This document shows, in pieces, positions 19,143-28,014 of a DNA stretch of 64,000 bases. The notes beneath the pieces are model-generated. The model searched no databases and was not told the DNA's origin. It worked only from the letters and a program-made list of their open reading frames with translations. A program made the position numbers and the translations under genes. This stretch comes from Blastocatellia bacterium (GTDB lineage: Bacteria; Acidobacteriota; Blastocatellia; UBA7656), in assembly GCA_035455165.1 (NCBI GenBank), contig DATIFP010000196.1, forward strand, positions 24,237-88,236, read 5' to 3'. Each line of letters starts with the position of its first letter. Within the stretch, counting starts at the first letter, position 1.

Positions 19143-19180
19143 GCGAGGGGCCCAACCGGGGCCACGGGTAAGCCCCTCGC
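19143..19180 (+). terminator. Hairpin (9-bp stem GCGAGGGGC/GCCCCTCGC, 20-nt loop) between the first DsbA-like gene and the HMBD-Sco gene
   Basis: Inverted repeat read from the sequence; possible partial terminator/attenuator inside the module. Confidence 0.3.
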
Positions 19181-19252
19181 GACTTAAAGCGCGTTCTCGT
19201 GCATCAACGAACCAGCCGAACTGACGAGCGGCAGAGAGAGGCGGTGCAAAGT

Positions 19253-20005
19253 ATGAAACACATAATCGCAATTACACTGATCGTTTGCGGAATCCTGGCG
19301 GCCGGCGCTGGGCCGGGTTCCGTGAATGTCGCGTTGGCCCGGCAATCCAAGAAAAAGCAGAAAGCCGCCGGCTACTACTGTGTGATGGATCCCGAGGTCA
19401 AAGCCTCGAAGCCCGGCACCTGTCCCAAGTGCGGAATGGATCTGAGGGCGATTGAGAAAGACGGCGACGCAGCCTCACCGGATACCGAGTTGTCGAAACC
19501 TAATGAAGCCGATTCTGGTTCGCCCGTGAAGCTGCAAATCCCGGACGTGAGCGTGTACGATCAGGACGGCCAGAAGTTGAAGTTTGTCACCGATCTGGTA
19601 AGAGGCAAAACGGTAGCGATAAATTTCATCTTTACAACCTGTACGACGATCTGTCCCCCGTTGGCGGCAACGTTTCGCAGAGTCCAGCAGGAGATGGGAG
19701 ATCGTGTTGGCCACGACGTGAGACTGATCTCGATAAGCGTTGATCCTGTCGTCGACACACCCGAGAGATTGAAGCAGTTTGGCGCCAAGTTCAAAGCAGC
19801 TCCCGGATGGACCTTCGTCACCGGGAGCAAGTTTGAGATCAACTCTCTATTGAAAGCGCTCGGCGCGGCGGTGGTGGACAAGAACGATCACACGCCGATG
19901 GTACTTGTGGGCAATGACGCGGCGGGCTACTGGACCCGCACCTATGGGCTCGCCCCGGCCTCGGTTCTCGTAAGAGTCATAACCGATGCGGCGAGTAAGA
20001 ACTGA
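19253..20005 (+). CDS. Sco1/SenC-family copper chaperone with N-terminal heavy-metal-binding (YHS/HMBD-type) domain
   Basis: YYCVMDPEVKASKPGTCPKCGMDL matches the YxCPMHPE...PGxCPxCGMxL metal-binding domain of CusB/CopA N-termini. Sco domain IFTTCTTICPPL, ISISVDPVVDTP, DHTPMVLVG. Start chosen at MKHIIA (signal peptide). Confidence 0.8.
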   Translation: MKHIIAITLIVCGILAAGAGPGSVNVALARQSKKKQKAAGYYCVMDPEVKASKPGTCPKCGMDLRAIEKDGDAASPDTELSKPNEADSGSPVKLQIPDVSVYDQDGQKLKFVTDLVRGKTVAINFIFTTCTTICPPLAATFRRVQQEMGDRVGHDVRLISISVDPVVDTPERLKQFGAKFKAAPGWTFVTGSKFEINSLLKALGAAVVDKNDHTPMVLVGNDAAGYWTRTYGLAPASVLVRVITDAASKN

Positions 20006-20204
20006 GCATGCGACGATAGATCTCCGCCATACTGGGACGACTCGGGGAACAAGCCGGCAACCCTCATAATTCGCGAACACCAGGGCCGATTTGACGGTCG
20101 AATCACGATCATGAGTCAATGTTCGGGTAGCCAGGGTCGAACTATGACGATGCTTCGACCTGCCGGCGTCGTTCAACACATGTTGATTCATGATTGGAGG
20201 TCCG

Positions 20205-21764
20205 ATGAAAAGGGTTTCACTGTTGATGGCGGTTGGAGCGATGATCGCTTCTCTTGCGCAACCAGGCAAGGCGTTTTTGAATGTCTCGCAGGATCGGTCC
20301 GCCGCGCCCGTCGCGAAGCAGTCCGCGGCGGCAACGCCCTCAAAATCCGCCGAGAAAAAAGCCGAAGACTGCGGTTGTGAAGTCAAGCCTCCGCCCGACG
20401 TGCTTGCGATTGTCAACGGGGTCAAGATCGCGATCAAGGACGTCGAGGAACCTCTGCAAGAGCGCATCAGGGCGCTTCAGGATCAAGTGATTGAAGCGCG
20501 AAAGCGCCAGCTTGAACTCGAGATCAATTCCAGCCTCCTTGACGCGGAAGCCCGTCGTCTTGGCATCACTACGGAAAAGCTTCTGGATCGTGAAGTAACG
20601 CAAAAGTCCAAAGAGCCGACCGAAGCAGAAGCGCGATCCTTCTACGATTTGAACAAGAGTCAGATTCAAGGCGAGTTCAAGGACGTAAAGGACCAGGTTA
20701 TCGGTTACCTGCGAGGGCTGCGTCAGCGGGAGATTGCGAAGCGGTATGCCGACCGACTTCGGACCGGCGCGCGCGTCAAAGTGCTTGTGCCGTCGGCCAC
20801 TCCTCCGGAAACTGATGCCGACCGTGCGCGTGTATTCGCGATCGTAAACGCCAAGCGCATAACGTCCGGGGATGTCGAGGATTCGCTCAAAGCGATAGTT
20901 GCCAGCGTGCAGGAACAGATCTACAGCCTCCGCAAAGACGAGTTGGACGCGAAAATCAATAACACGTTGCTCGACCAGGAGGCGCAGAAGAAGGGGGTCA
21001 CTGCGCCGGCCCTGTACCAGACCGAGATAGCACCTCGAATGAAGCCCGTGACCGATGAAGAGGCGCGCAAGTTTTACGATGAGAACAAGAGCCGTATGAC
21101 CGGGACCTTCGAGCAGCGGCAGGCGCAGATCATCGAGTACTTGCAGAACTCCAGGAGAACCGCTGCTGAGAAAGCCTTCGCGGAAGACCTGCGAAAAGGA
21201 GCGACTCTTCAAGTGTTCCTCAAGCCGCCCGATCCGCCTGTGTTCAACATACCAATCGACGATCGTCCGTGGCGAGGCGGAGCCTCCGCCCCGGTCACGA
21301 TTGTAGAATTCACCGACTACGAGTGTCCGAGCTGTGGCGCGACACAACCGGTGCTGGAGGAAATCGTCAAGGAATTCGGCGACAAAGTAAAACTGGTCGC
21401 GCGGAATTACCCCCTCGACCAGCATAAGCATGCCTTCAAAGCCGCGGAGGCTGCGGAGTCAGCGCGAGAGCAAGGCAAGTACTGGGAGTATGTCGCGATA
21501 CTGTTCAAGAATCAGAACGCTCTCGAGGTTGAGAAGCTCAAGGAATATGCCGATCAATTGGGACTCGACCGCGGAAGGTTCGATGCCGCGCTCGACTCAG
21601 GGAAGTTCGCCGACAAGGTAAGACGAGACCTCAGCGAAGGCGACAAAGTGGGAGTTGACTCGACCCCGACGGTGTTCATCAACGGGAGGAGGGCGCGTGA
21701 CAGGAGCCGCGAAGCCTTGAAAGCGGCCATAGAAGCCGCTCTTAAGGAGGGCGTCAAGAAATAG
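20205..21764 (+). CDS. Paralog of 17516..19108: SurA-N-like repeats fused to DsbA-family domain (CPSC)
   Basis: GGAGG before ATG 20205; CGCE motif (AEKKAEDCGCEVKPPP); VTIVEFTDYECPSCGATQPVLEEI; same architecture and ~50% identity to the first copy. Confidence 0.75.
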   Translation: MKRVSLLMAVGAMIASLAQPGKAFLNVSQDRSAAPVAKQSAAATPSKSAEKKAEDCGCEVKPPPDVLAIVNGVKIAIKDVEEPLQERIRALQDQVIEARKRQLELEINSSLLDAEARRLGITTEKLLDREVTQKSKEPTEAEARSFYDLNKSQIQGEFKDVKDQVIGYLRGLRQREIAKRYADRLRTGARVKVLVPSATPPETDADRARVFAIVNAKRITSGDVEDSLKAIVASVQEQIYSLRKDELDAKINNTLLDQEAQKKGVTAPALYQTEIAPRMKPVTDEEARKFYDENKSRMTGTFEQRQAQIIEYLQNSRRTAAEKAFAEDLRKGATLQVFLKPPDPPVFNIPIDDRPWRGGASAPVTIVEFTDYECPSCGATQPVLEEIVKEFGDKVKLVARNYPLDQHKHAFKAAEAAESAREQGKYWEYVAILFKNQNALEVEKLKEYADQLGLDRGRFDAALDSGKFADKVRRDLSEGDKVGVDSTPTVFINGRRARDRSREALKAAIEAALKEGVKK

Positions 21765-21786
21765 CGGTTCCGGTTCGGGAACCCTG

Positions 21787-23775
21787 TTAGCTTTGAGGCG
21801 ACGGCATCTGGAGCCGCGCGCGGAGGTCCTGAACGTCCTTGCTTACTTTGGACGCGTCGGGCGCGTCAGGCTGAAGCTGCAGGTATATAGATAGCTGGTC
21901 AATCGCTTCCTTGAGCTGTCCCTTCGCTTTGTAGGCATACGCGAGAAACTTGTGCGCGTCAACGATCACCGAACTCTCGGCGAGCGCCGCATTCAAGAAA
22001 CTAATCCCCTCGTCGTACTTTCCCTTCTTCACCAAAACTCCCCCCATGTGAAACTTCAGCATGGGGTTCTGCGGACTGAGACGCATCGCACGATCATAGC
22101 AGGCGATCGCGCGGTCATAGTTCTTGAGACCGGTGTCGAATGTGTGGATAGTGCCGAGTGCGTCCCACAACACCGGCGATGAGTCCTGGAGCTTCAGCCC
22201 TGTATCGCAAACTTCGAGGGCGCGATCCAGAATGTCGCGGTCGGGGACGGACCCGGTTGCGAGCTGTTGAGAGTATATCAGCACATAACACGAAGCGAGG
22301 TTCGCCAGGACGAGGGGGTTGTCCGGGTTTATTTTCAGGTACAGCTCCAGTTGTTCAGCCGCCTTGGGGTAGTCGGTCAAATCGATAAGCTTGTGGCCGA
22401 GCACGAAGTGTGACATTGGCTGCTCAGGTGCTGTTTTCACCCCGTGATACCACACGCTCATATCATCCTTCCACGTCGCGTTCTGTGCGAGGGCTTTCCC
22501 CGCAAACAACAACACGAGCACGGTTGTCACCGCTGCTTGCGCCCGGACCCGGCTTGCGAACGGGAGCCACTGCTCAAACGGCACTTTTGCAATGGCCATG
22601 GCGACAAGCAGTGAGAACCCTATCGATGGAATGTAAAGGTAGCGCTCCTGAACCAGGAAGTTCTCGTCGAACGCCCCCAGATTCAGAACGGGAAGCAGGT
22701 TGATCGCGAACCAGAGAATGCCGAACCGAGCAACCGTGGATTTCCAGAGCGGCCGGAGCGCAACCGCCAAACCGATAAGACCGACAAGCGGTACGATGAA
22801 ACGCACGTTCAGCGCGGTCCTCACCATCGGCGTCAGATGAAAGAGCGAAAGCTCGACGGGCCAGACCAGCAGCCCGATGTATTTCCAGATGACGAGCGGA
22901 ATGGTCTGCACTATCCACCGAGTCGGATATGTCCTGAATTCGGCGTTGTTGAGCGCAAAGCCAAGCGAATAATATCGTGCGGCGAAATAAAGTATTGCCA
23001 CTGCGAGAAAACAAGACCCAAAGACGATACCGCTCTTGAGCCGGTCACCCAGGCGCTTTTCCTGATTAACTACGAATAGCTCGTATGAGCCGATGAATAA
23101 TGAAAGAGCGACCGCGGGTTCCTTGACGAGCGTTGCAAGCAGAAACAGCAATAGCGAGAAGACAAGAAGCTTTGTCTTTTTTTCCTCTCGATAGCGCATG
23201 TACAGGAAAAGCGAGGGCAGCAGGAACACGGCGAGGAGGGGATCTGTGACGCCGCTTATCCACGCTACCGATTCGCTTCGGAGAGGATGGGCGGCGAAGA
23301 CGAACGCACCAATCGCGGACACACGAGCGTCCGCGGTGAATCGCCGCAGAACTTTGTAGACGAAGTAAGCCGCAAGAACGTGCAGCGCTACGTTGGCGAG
23401 GTGCCAGCCCGGGGCCCAGTTCCCAAACAACGCCCACATCGTCATCAGGTAGATCACAAACGCCGGCCGATAATACGGAGTGGACGGCTTGTCTTGCGTA
23501 TTCGGGTCCTGGTCCTGCTGAACTCGCCAATACCACGTTTCGGTGACGAGCGCTTTCGGTAGGTTGCCGAGATCACGAATAAACTTGTTGTCCAGTATTT
23601 GGGTAGTGTCGTCGTATGCAAATCCATTCCACAGCGTATTCGAGAACGCGAGAAACGTAACGCCCAGCACCAGCCACAGAATCCAATCCCTGGGCGTCCT
23701 GGCTTGATCGGCGTTGACTGAAGGGGTTGTGCGCGGCCTGTTCCGAAGGCTGCGTGATCGGCTTTTTTTGGCCAC
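21787..23775 (-). CDS. Multi-pass membrane protein with C-terminal TPR repeats (PMT/TMTC-like putative glycosyltransferase)
   Basis: About 400 aa hydrophobic N-terminal region followed by TPR-like repeats (AYAYKAKGQLKEAIDQL, AIACYDRAMRLSPQNP). Confidence 0.6.
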   Translation of the reverse strand: MAKKSRSRSLRNRPRTTPSVNADQARTPRDWILWLVLGVTFLAFSNTLWNGFAYDDTTQILDNKFIRDLGNLPKALVTETWYWRVQQDQDPNTQDKPSTPYYRPAFVIYLMTMWALFGNWAPGWHLANVALHVLAAYFVYKVLRRFTADARVSAIGAFVFAAHPLRSESVAWISGVTDPLLAVFLLPSLFLYMRYREEKKTKLLVFSLLLFLLATLVKEPAVALSLFIGSYELFVVNQEKRLGDRLKSGIVFGSCFLAVAILYFAARYYSLGFALNNAEFRTYPTRWIVQTIPLVIWKYIGLLVWPVELSLFHLTPMVRTALNVRFIVPLVGLIGLAVALRPLWKSTVARFGILWFAINLLPVLNLGAFDENFLVQERYLYIPSIGFSLLVAMAIAKVPFEQWLPFASRVRAQAAVTTVLVLLFAGKALAQNATWKDDMSVWYHGVKTAPEQPMSHFVLGHKLIDLTDYPKAAEQLELYLKINPDNPLVLANLASCYVLIYSQQLATGSVPDRDILDRALEVCDTGLKLQDSSPVLWDALGTIHTFDTGLKNYDRAIACYDRAMRLSPQNPMLKFHMGGVLVKKGKYDEGISFLNAALAESSVIVDAHKFLAYAYKAKGQLKEAIDQLSIYLQLQPDAPDASKVSKDVQDLRARLQMPSPQS

Positions 23776-23904
23776 TATCGAAGTCCTGCCTGCGACCCGT
23801 AATGGATTCGGTTATGAATTCAAGTAGGTCGGTGATCGACGACCAGCTCGGGAATTCGTGATCGAAATACTATCGGTCGGTTACATGCGATGTCAACGCG
23901 CCCG

Positions 23905-24837
23905 TCATGGACTTCCGTCGGGATTTCGGTCGGGTTTTCGGTCGGCTTCTTCTTTCGATTGTCCAAAGGCTTGAGAGAAGAACCCCCGGATACTGCGGGT
24001 CAGTCCGGCCGGCTCTTGCCCGCCGCGCACGACGAGCACCGGACACTCCGCGCGATTCACGATCTCGCGTGTTATGTTGCCCATGATGTAGCTCCGCAGA
24101 TTTCCACCCTCCGGTGACGATCCGGTGACGACCAGATCGTAGTCGCAGCGTCGTATCTCCTTGAACACTTCGCTGATGACCAACCCGTGACGCAAACGAA
24201 CGTCGGCTGTGACGCCCATTCCTTGAAGCGCCTCCTTCTCGCGGCGAAGGTTCTGTCCCAATCCGGAGCTCGAGTGCAAGAGCAGATTTACGTCCTCTTC
24301 CATCTTTATTAGATCCGAGTACACCGCGGGCGGCTCTGCCATCACGTGGAAGAGCGTGATGGAAGCGCCGGCCGCTTTGGCGATGGCCCCCGAGAATTCC
24401 ACTGCTCGATCGATATATTTCTCGCCACCGCTGCATATCAGTATTCTCTTGATGGTTTCGCGATTCCCGATCACCACCAGCACGGGCGGGGCAACCGCTT
24501 TTATTATCTTGTAGGCCTTCGCGGACATCAGGAAGGGACCGCGAGTGCCTTTGCGCAATGCCCCGATCACCACCAGGTCGTAGCTCGTCTCCTCTGTCCG
24601 CTTGACGATTTCCTCGATCGGCTCGCCGGCTTTCGTGATTACTTCGGCGCTGACGCCTCGGTCCCGGAGCAATTGTTGCGCGCGCCGTAGAGAGTCAAAC
24701 ACCGAGTCTTCTTCGCCAGGCTTTTCCGTGATTCCGAGGATGGTTGTGTCGGCCTCGCACTTCTCCGCGATGAGTCCTCCAAAACGCACCGCGTTCTCCG
24801 CCTGCGCAGAACCGTCTGTGCAAATCAATATCTTCAT
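23905..24837 (-). CDS. Tandem-domain universal stress protein (UspA family)
   Basis: Two Usp-like halves (MKILICTDGS... and RILICSGGEK...) with the ATP-binding G-rich motif GSRG-like. Confidence 0.8.
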   Translation of the reverse strand: MKILICTDGSAQAENAVRFGGLIAEKCEADTTILGITEKPGEEDSVFDSLRRAQQLLRDRGVSAEVITKAGEPIEEIVKRTEETSYDLVVIGALRKGTRGPFLMSAKAYKIIKAVAPPVLVVIGNRETIKRILICSGGEKYIDRAVEFSGAIAKAAGASITLFHVMAEPPAVYSDLIKMEEDVNLLLHSSSGLGQNLRREKEALQGMGVTADVRLRHGLVISEVFKEIRRCDYDLVVTGSSPEGGNLRSYIMGNITREIVNRAECPVLVVRGGQEPAGLTRSIRGFFSQAFGQSKEEADRKPDRNPDGSP

Positions 24838-24887
24838 GGGCGAATCAATCCTTCATTCGGGCGGTAGCTGACCGCCATTCACAGGTA

Positions 24888-25838
24888 TTACTTCACGTGA
24901 TGTCCCGAGAGCAGTCCGTAGATTACTATTGCAGCCCCGATCAGAGGCAGCGGCACGAACGCGAGTCTGATCTTGGGCCCGTGAAAATACTCGGTTGATG
25001 CAGCCCCGATCTGCGCGCCAATAGCGGCGCCGGTGTGCATTACAAGCGCGATCATAATATCTACGTTGCCCTTGATCGCGTGCGTCAGGGTCCCGTAGCT
25101 GGCGGAGATGACGACCTCAAACAGGTCCGTACCAACCGCCACGTGAGTTGGAACGCCGAGCAAATAGACCATTGAAGGCATCCTGATGTAGCCGGCTCCT
25201 CCGCCGAGAAACCCGCTGAAGATGCCGCCGACGAAGGCCACGAGCAGGATGGCCCACAAAGAGACCCGTTCAACACCGGACGCGCGCAGCTTGATCATCG
25301 GCGGAATATTGATTCGATGAACCTTCCGGGCGACGTGATCGAACGCCGATTCGTCTTCTTTAGCCTCTAACTTCTTGACGCCAATGCCGGACATTTCGGC
25401 CTCGCGTTTTCGGTCTCGCTGCATCTTTATAGTTTGCCAGCTCTCCCACGCAACGAACGCCGAGATGGAAATCAGCACTACTACGAACGTGATGCCGATG
25501 ACTCGATCGACGTTGGCTGCACCCAGGTGCTTCAGGCTTTCGATTCCTTGAGCGCCCACCTCGACGCCCACGATTGTCCCGATCACCATTATCGTGCCCA
25601 GCTTCAGGTCTACGTTTCCGAGCGCGCGATGTTTCTTTGCCGCCACGATAGACTTCCCGACGATGTGCGCAAGGTCCGTACCCACGACGAAGTTCATCGG
25701 AACGCCGACGGCAAAAAGGGCTGGCCCCGCCAGGAAGCTTCCTCCCACTCCGAAGAATCCTCCGAATATCCCGATGACAAATCCGGTGATCACCAGGTAG
25801 ATCGGATCGATATGAGTTTGCGAGATGAGAAAGTCCAT
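24888..25838 (-). CDS. TauE/SafE-family (DUF81) anion exporter membrane protein
   Basis: Repeated GGFFGVGGSFLAGPAL / GGIFSGFLGGGAGYIRMP motifs, 8 hydrophobic segments. Confidence 0.75.
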   Translation of the reverse strand: MDFLISQTHIDPIYLVITGFVIGIFGGFFGVGGSFLAGPALFAVGVPMNFVVGTDLAHIVGKSIVAAKKHRALGNVDLKLGTIMVIGTIVGVEVGAQGIESLKHLGAANVDRVIGITFVVVLISISAFVAWESWQTIKMQRDRKREAEMSGIGVKKLEAKEDESAFDHVARKVHRINIPPMIKLRASGVERVSLWAILLVAFVGGIFSGFLGGGAGYIRMPSMVYLLGVPTHVAVGTDLFEVVISASYGTLTHAIKGNVDIMIALVMHTGAAIGAQIGAASTEYFHGPKIRLAFVPLPLIGAAIVIYGLLSGHHVK

Positions 25839-25846
25839 TCGACTCC

Positions 25847-26092
25847 CTAGTCTGAACGAGATCGCACCAGTCGTAGCAAGAGGCTGGTAATGAATTCCAG
25901 CACGACTCCCTGCGTCACGATCAGCACCAGCGCGGTTAGTGCGTACCAGTTCTTATGGTGTTGATAGATCCGGTGCAGCCAGACGCCCAAAAGCCCAATG
26001 ACAAAAAAGACATATGCTACGACCAGCCCGGCGTAGACGAGCAGTTCGAAAAGAAATGTCCTCAAGGGGTGGGTCTTCTTTTTTCGTGCCAC
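25847..26092 (-). CDS. Small two-TM membrane protein immediately upstream of, and co-oriented with, the TauE gene
   Basis: 81 aa, two hydrophobic helices, 8-nt gap to the downstream gene. Confidence 0.45.
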   Translation of the reverse strand: MARKKKTHPLRTFLFELLVYAGLVVAYVFFVIGLLGVWLHRIYQHHKNWYALTALVLIVTQGVVLEFITSLLLRLVRSRSD

Positions 26093-26295
26093 CTTCCACC
26101 GAGTCCCTTTGATTTGACCACGAACCTCAAAGCGTCGCGCAATTGCTCATCATATAACGCCGAAGCGCGGTTAATGAAGCTGATCGAACAACACCAACCA
26201 TCCACCGAATCATCAAAGGGTGATGACGTCGCTAGCTTGTGAAGCCGCCTGGCTGGCCAGTAGAATCAAATCAGTTGCAACCGGAGGGAGAGTAA

Positions 26296-27156
26296 ATGCG
26301 ATTTAGAGCAGCTTGTGTGATGGTAATTTGCATTCTCGCAAGTTCATCAGTGATTTGTCATCAAGGGAATTCATCTCAGGGCGTGACGCCCGACATTGCC
26401 CAAGTCATTAAGCGCTTCGCTGAAGCCGAGACCCAGAACGGTATCGCCCGAAATAATTACACTTTCACGCAGGATTTCGACTTGGTGACGATCGGCGAGG
26501 CCGGCTCGATAACAGGACGATTCAGGCGGACGTCCGACATAGTCTTTGACGATCGGGGAAACAGATTTGAGAAGATCACTTTCTTCCCTCCCTCCACTCT
26601 CGTCTCACTTCAGATGACCGCCGAGGACATGCAAGATCTAGCCGGTGTGCAGCCGTTTGCACTAACAGACAGGGATCTTCCGAAATATCAAATCGACTAT
26701 GTCGGGAAGGAGAAGATTGACGAACTGAACACATATGTCTTCGACGTCAGGCCAAAATCGATGGCCAAGGGTGAAAGATATTTAGAAGGCCGGATATGGG
26801 TCGACGATCAGGATCTCCAGATTGTGAAGGTCAAGGGTCAGGCCGTTCCCGAAGTCGGCGATCAGAAATTTCCGCACTTTGAAAGCTACCGCGAGAACAT
26901 AGATGGCAAATTTTGGTTTCCTACCTATACCTACGCGGACGACGTGCTTGAGTTCAGGAAGGGACCGGCGGTCCATTTGCGAATGACTGTGCGCTATACA
27001 AACTACAAGAAGTTCACCGGGCGAATTCGACTTGTAGACGAAGGCGAGGCGGCCCCCGAGGAAGATGTAAGGAACCAGCAGAAGTCCAAGCCGGTGCCTC
27101 CGCCCGTGAAGCCGCCCGAGCAACCGAAGCCCGAATCAAAACCAAAACGCCCGTGA
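26296..27156 (+). CDS. Secreted LolA-like (outer-membrane lipoprotein-sorting protein fold) protein, paralog 1, with a Pro/Lys-rich C-terminal tail
   Basis: Signal peptide. Blocks shared by all three paralogs: YQIDYVGKEKIDELNTYVFDV, GRIWVDDQDLQIVKVKG, FPHFESYREN, WFP, VRYTNYKKF. Tail PVPPPVKPPEQPKPESKPKRP. Confidence 0.6.
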   Translation: MRFRAACVMVICILASSSVICHQGNSSQGVTPDIAQVIKRFAEAETQNGIARNNYTFTQDFDLVTIGEAGSITGRFRRTSDIVFDDRGNRFEKITFFPPSTLVSLQMTAEDMQDLAGVQPFALTDRDLPKYQIDYVGKEKIDELNTYVFDVRPKSMAKGERYLEGRIWVDDQDLQIVKVKGQAVPEVGDQKFPHFESYRENIDGKFWFPTYTYADDVLEFRKGPAVHLRMTVRYTNYKKFTGRIRLVDEGEAAPEEDVRNQQKSKPVPPPVKPPEQPKPESKPKRP

Positions 27157-27252
27157 TAGGGCGAGGCTTGCCTTGCTTGTCCACTGCCTGCGAACGTAAG
27201 CTTCAATTCCTTGAGTCGTGATTCGCAATCCGAGCGGCGGAGGCATATCGCG

Positions 27253-28011
27253 ATGAAGCCGACATTCTCGCAACGAATCGCATGCGCGTGTGTGTGTGCA
27301 GTTTCCATTGGTCTCTCGGTCGGCGGAAGCTCCCTCGGACAATCGGCGGTCGCCCCGGAAGAGGCCCTGAAACGCGCCGCGGCCAACGAGCAAAAGCTCA
27401 AAGCCGCCGAGCGCGACTTCTTTTATCGGCAAGATATTCTGGTTCAAACGTTCGGAGAAGCGAACAGCGTCAGCGCTCAGTTGCATCGAGTCTCGGAAAT
27501 GACCTACGACAGTGCCGGCAACCGAACTGAAAAGATCCTCGAGTATCCACCTTCGCCCCTCACCGTGCCGCTGGGCGTCCTTCAGCCGGATTTCAAGGCG
27601 CTGCTTGGGGTCGATCTGTTTTTCTTGATGCCGGATCTGGTGCCGAATTACACGATCAAGTTCGCTGGTCGTCAGAAGATCGACGACCTGAGCACCTATG
27701 TCTTTGATATCGAGCCGGCGGATCCAAAGAACTTTCCAAAGCGTGACAAGGGCGACCATCCGTTCAAGGGTAAGATCTGGATTGACGATCAGGACTTCGA
27801 GATGGTCAAGTTTGAAGGCCGGGCGGTTGTTGCAAAGGATGAAAGCTCGCGCTTCCCAAAGTTTGAGTGCTACCGCGAAAACGTCGAACGCAATCTGTGG
27901 CTTCCGAGCCTTGCTTACGCTCGCGATGTGCTCGACCTCAAACGCGTTGACCTTCCGATCAAGATTGAGATCAAGTATACAGGCTACAAGCGAATCAAAC
28001 CGGGGAGATAA
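27253..28011 (+). CDS. Secreted LolA-like protein, paralog 2
   Basis: GGAGG before ATG 27253; signal peptide; YTIKFAGRQKIDDLSTYVFDI, GKIWIDDQDFEMVKFEG, FPKFECYREN, IKYTGYKRI. Confidence 0.6.
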   Translation: MKPTFSQRIACACVCAVSIGLSVGGSSLGQSAVAPEEALKRAAANEQKLKAAERDFFYRQDILVQTFGEANSVSAQLHRVSEMTYDSAGNRTEKILEYPPSPLTVPLGVLQPDFKALLGVDLFFLMPDLVPNYTIKFAGRQKIDDLSTYVFDIEPADPKNFPKRDKGDHPFKGKIWIDDQDFEMVKFEGRAVVAKDESSRFPKFECYRENVERNLWLPSLAYARDVLDLKRVDLPIKIEIKYTGYKRIKPGR

Positions 28012-28014
28012 AGC

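Noticed and set aside
18080-21431. 332-aa and 363-aa minus-strand ORFs opposite the two DsbA-fusion genes.
   Set aside because: Antisense GC-frame artefacts; the sense genes carry signal peptides and CxxC motifs.
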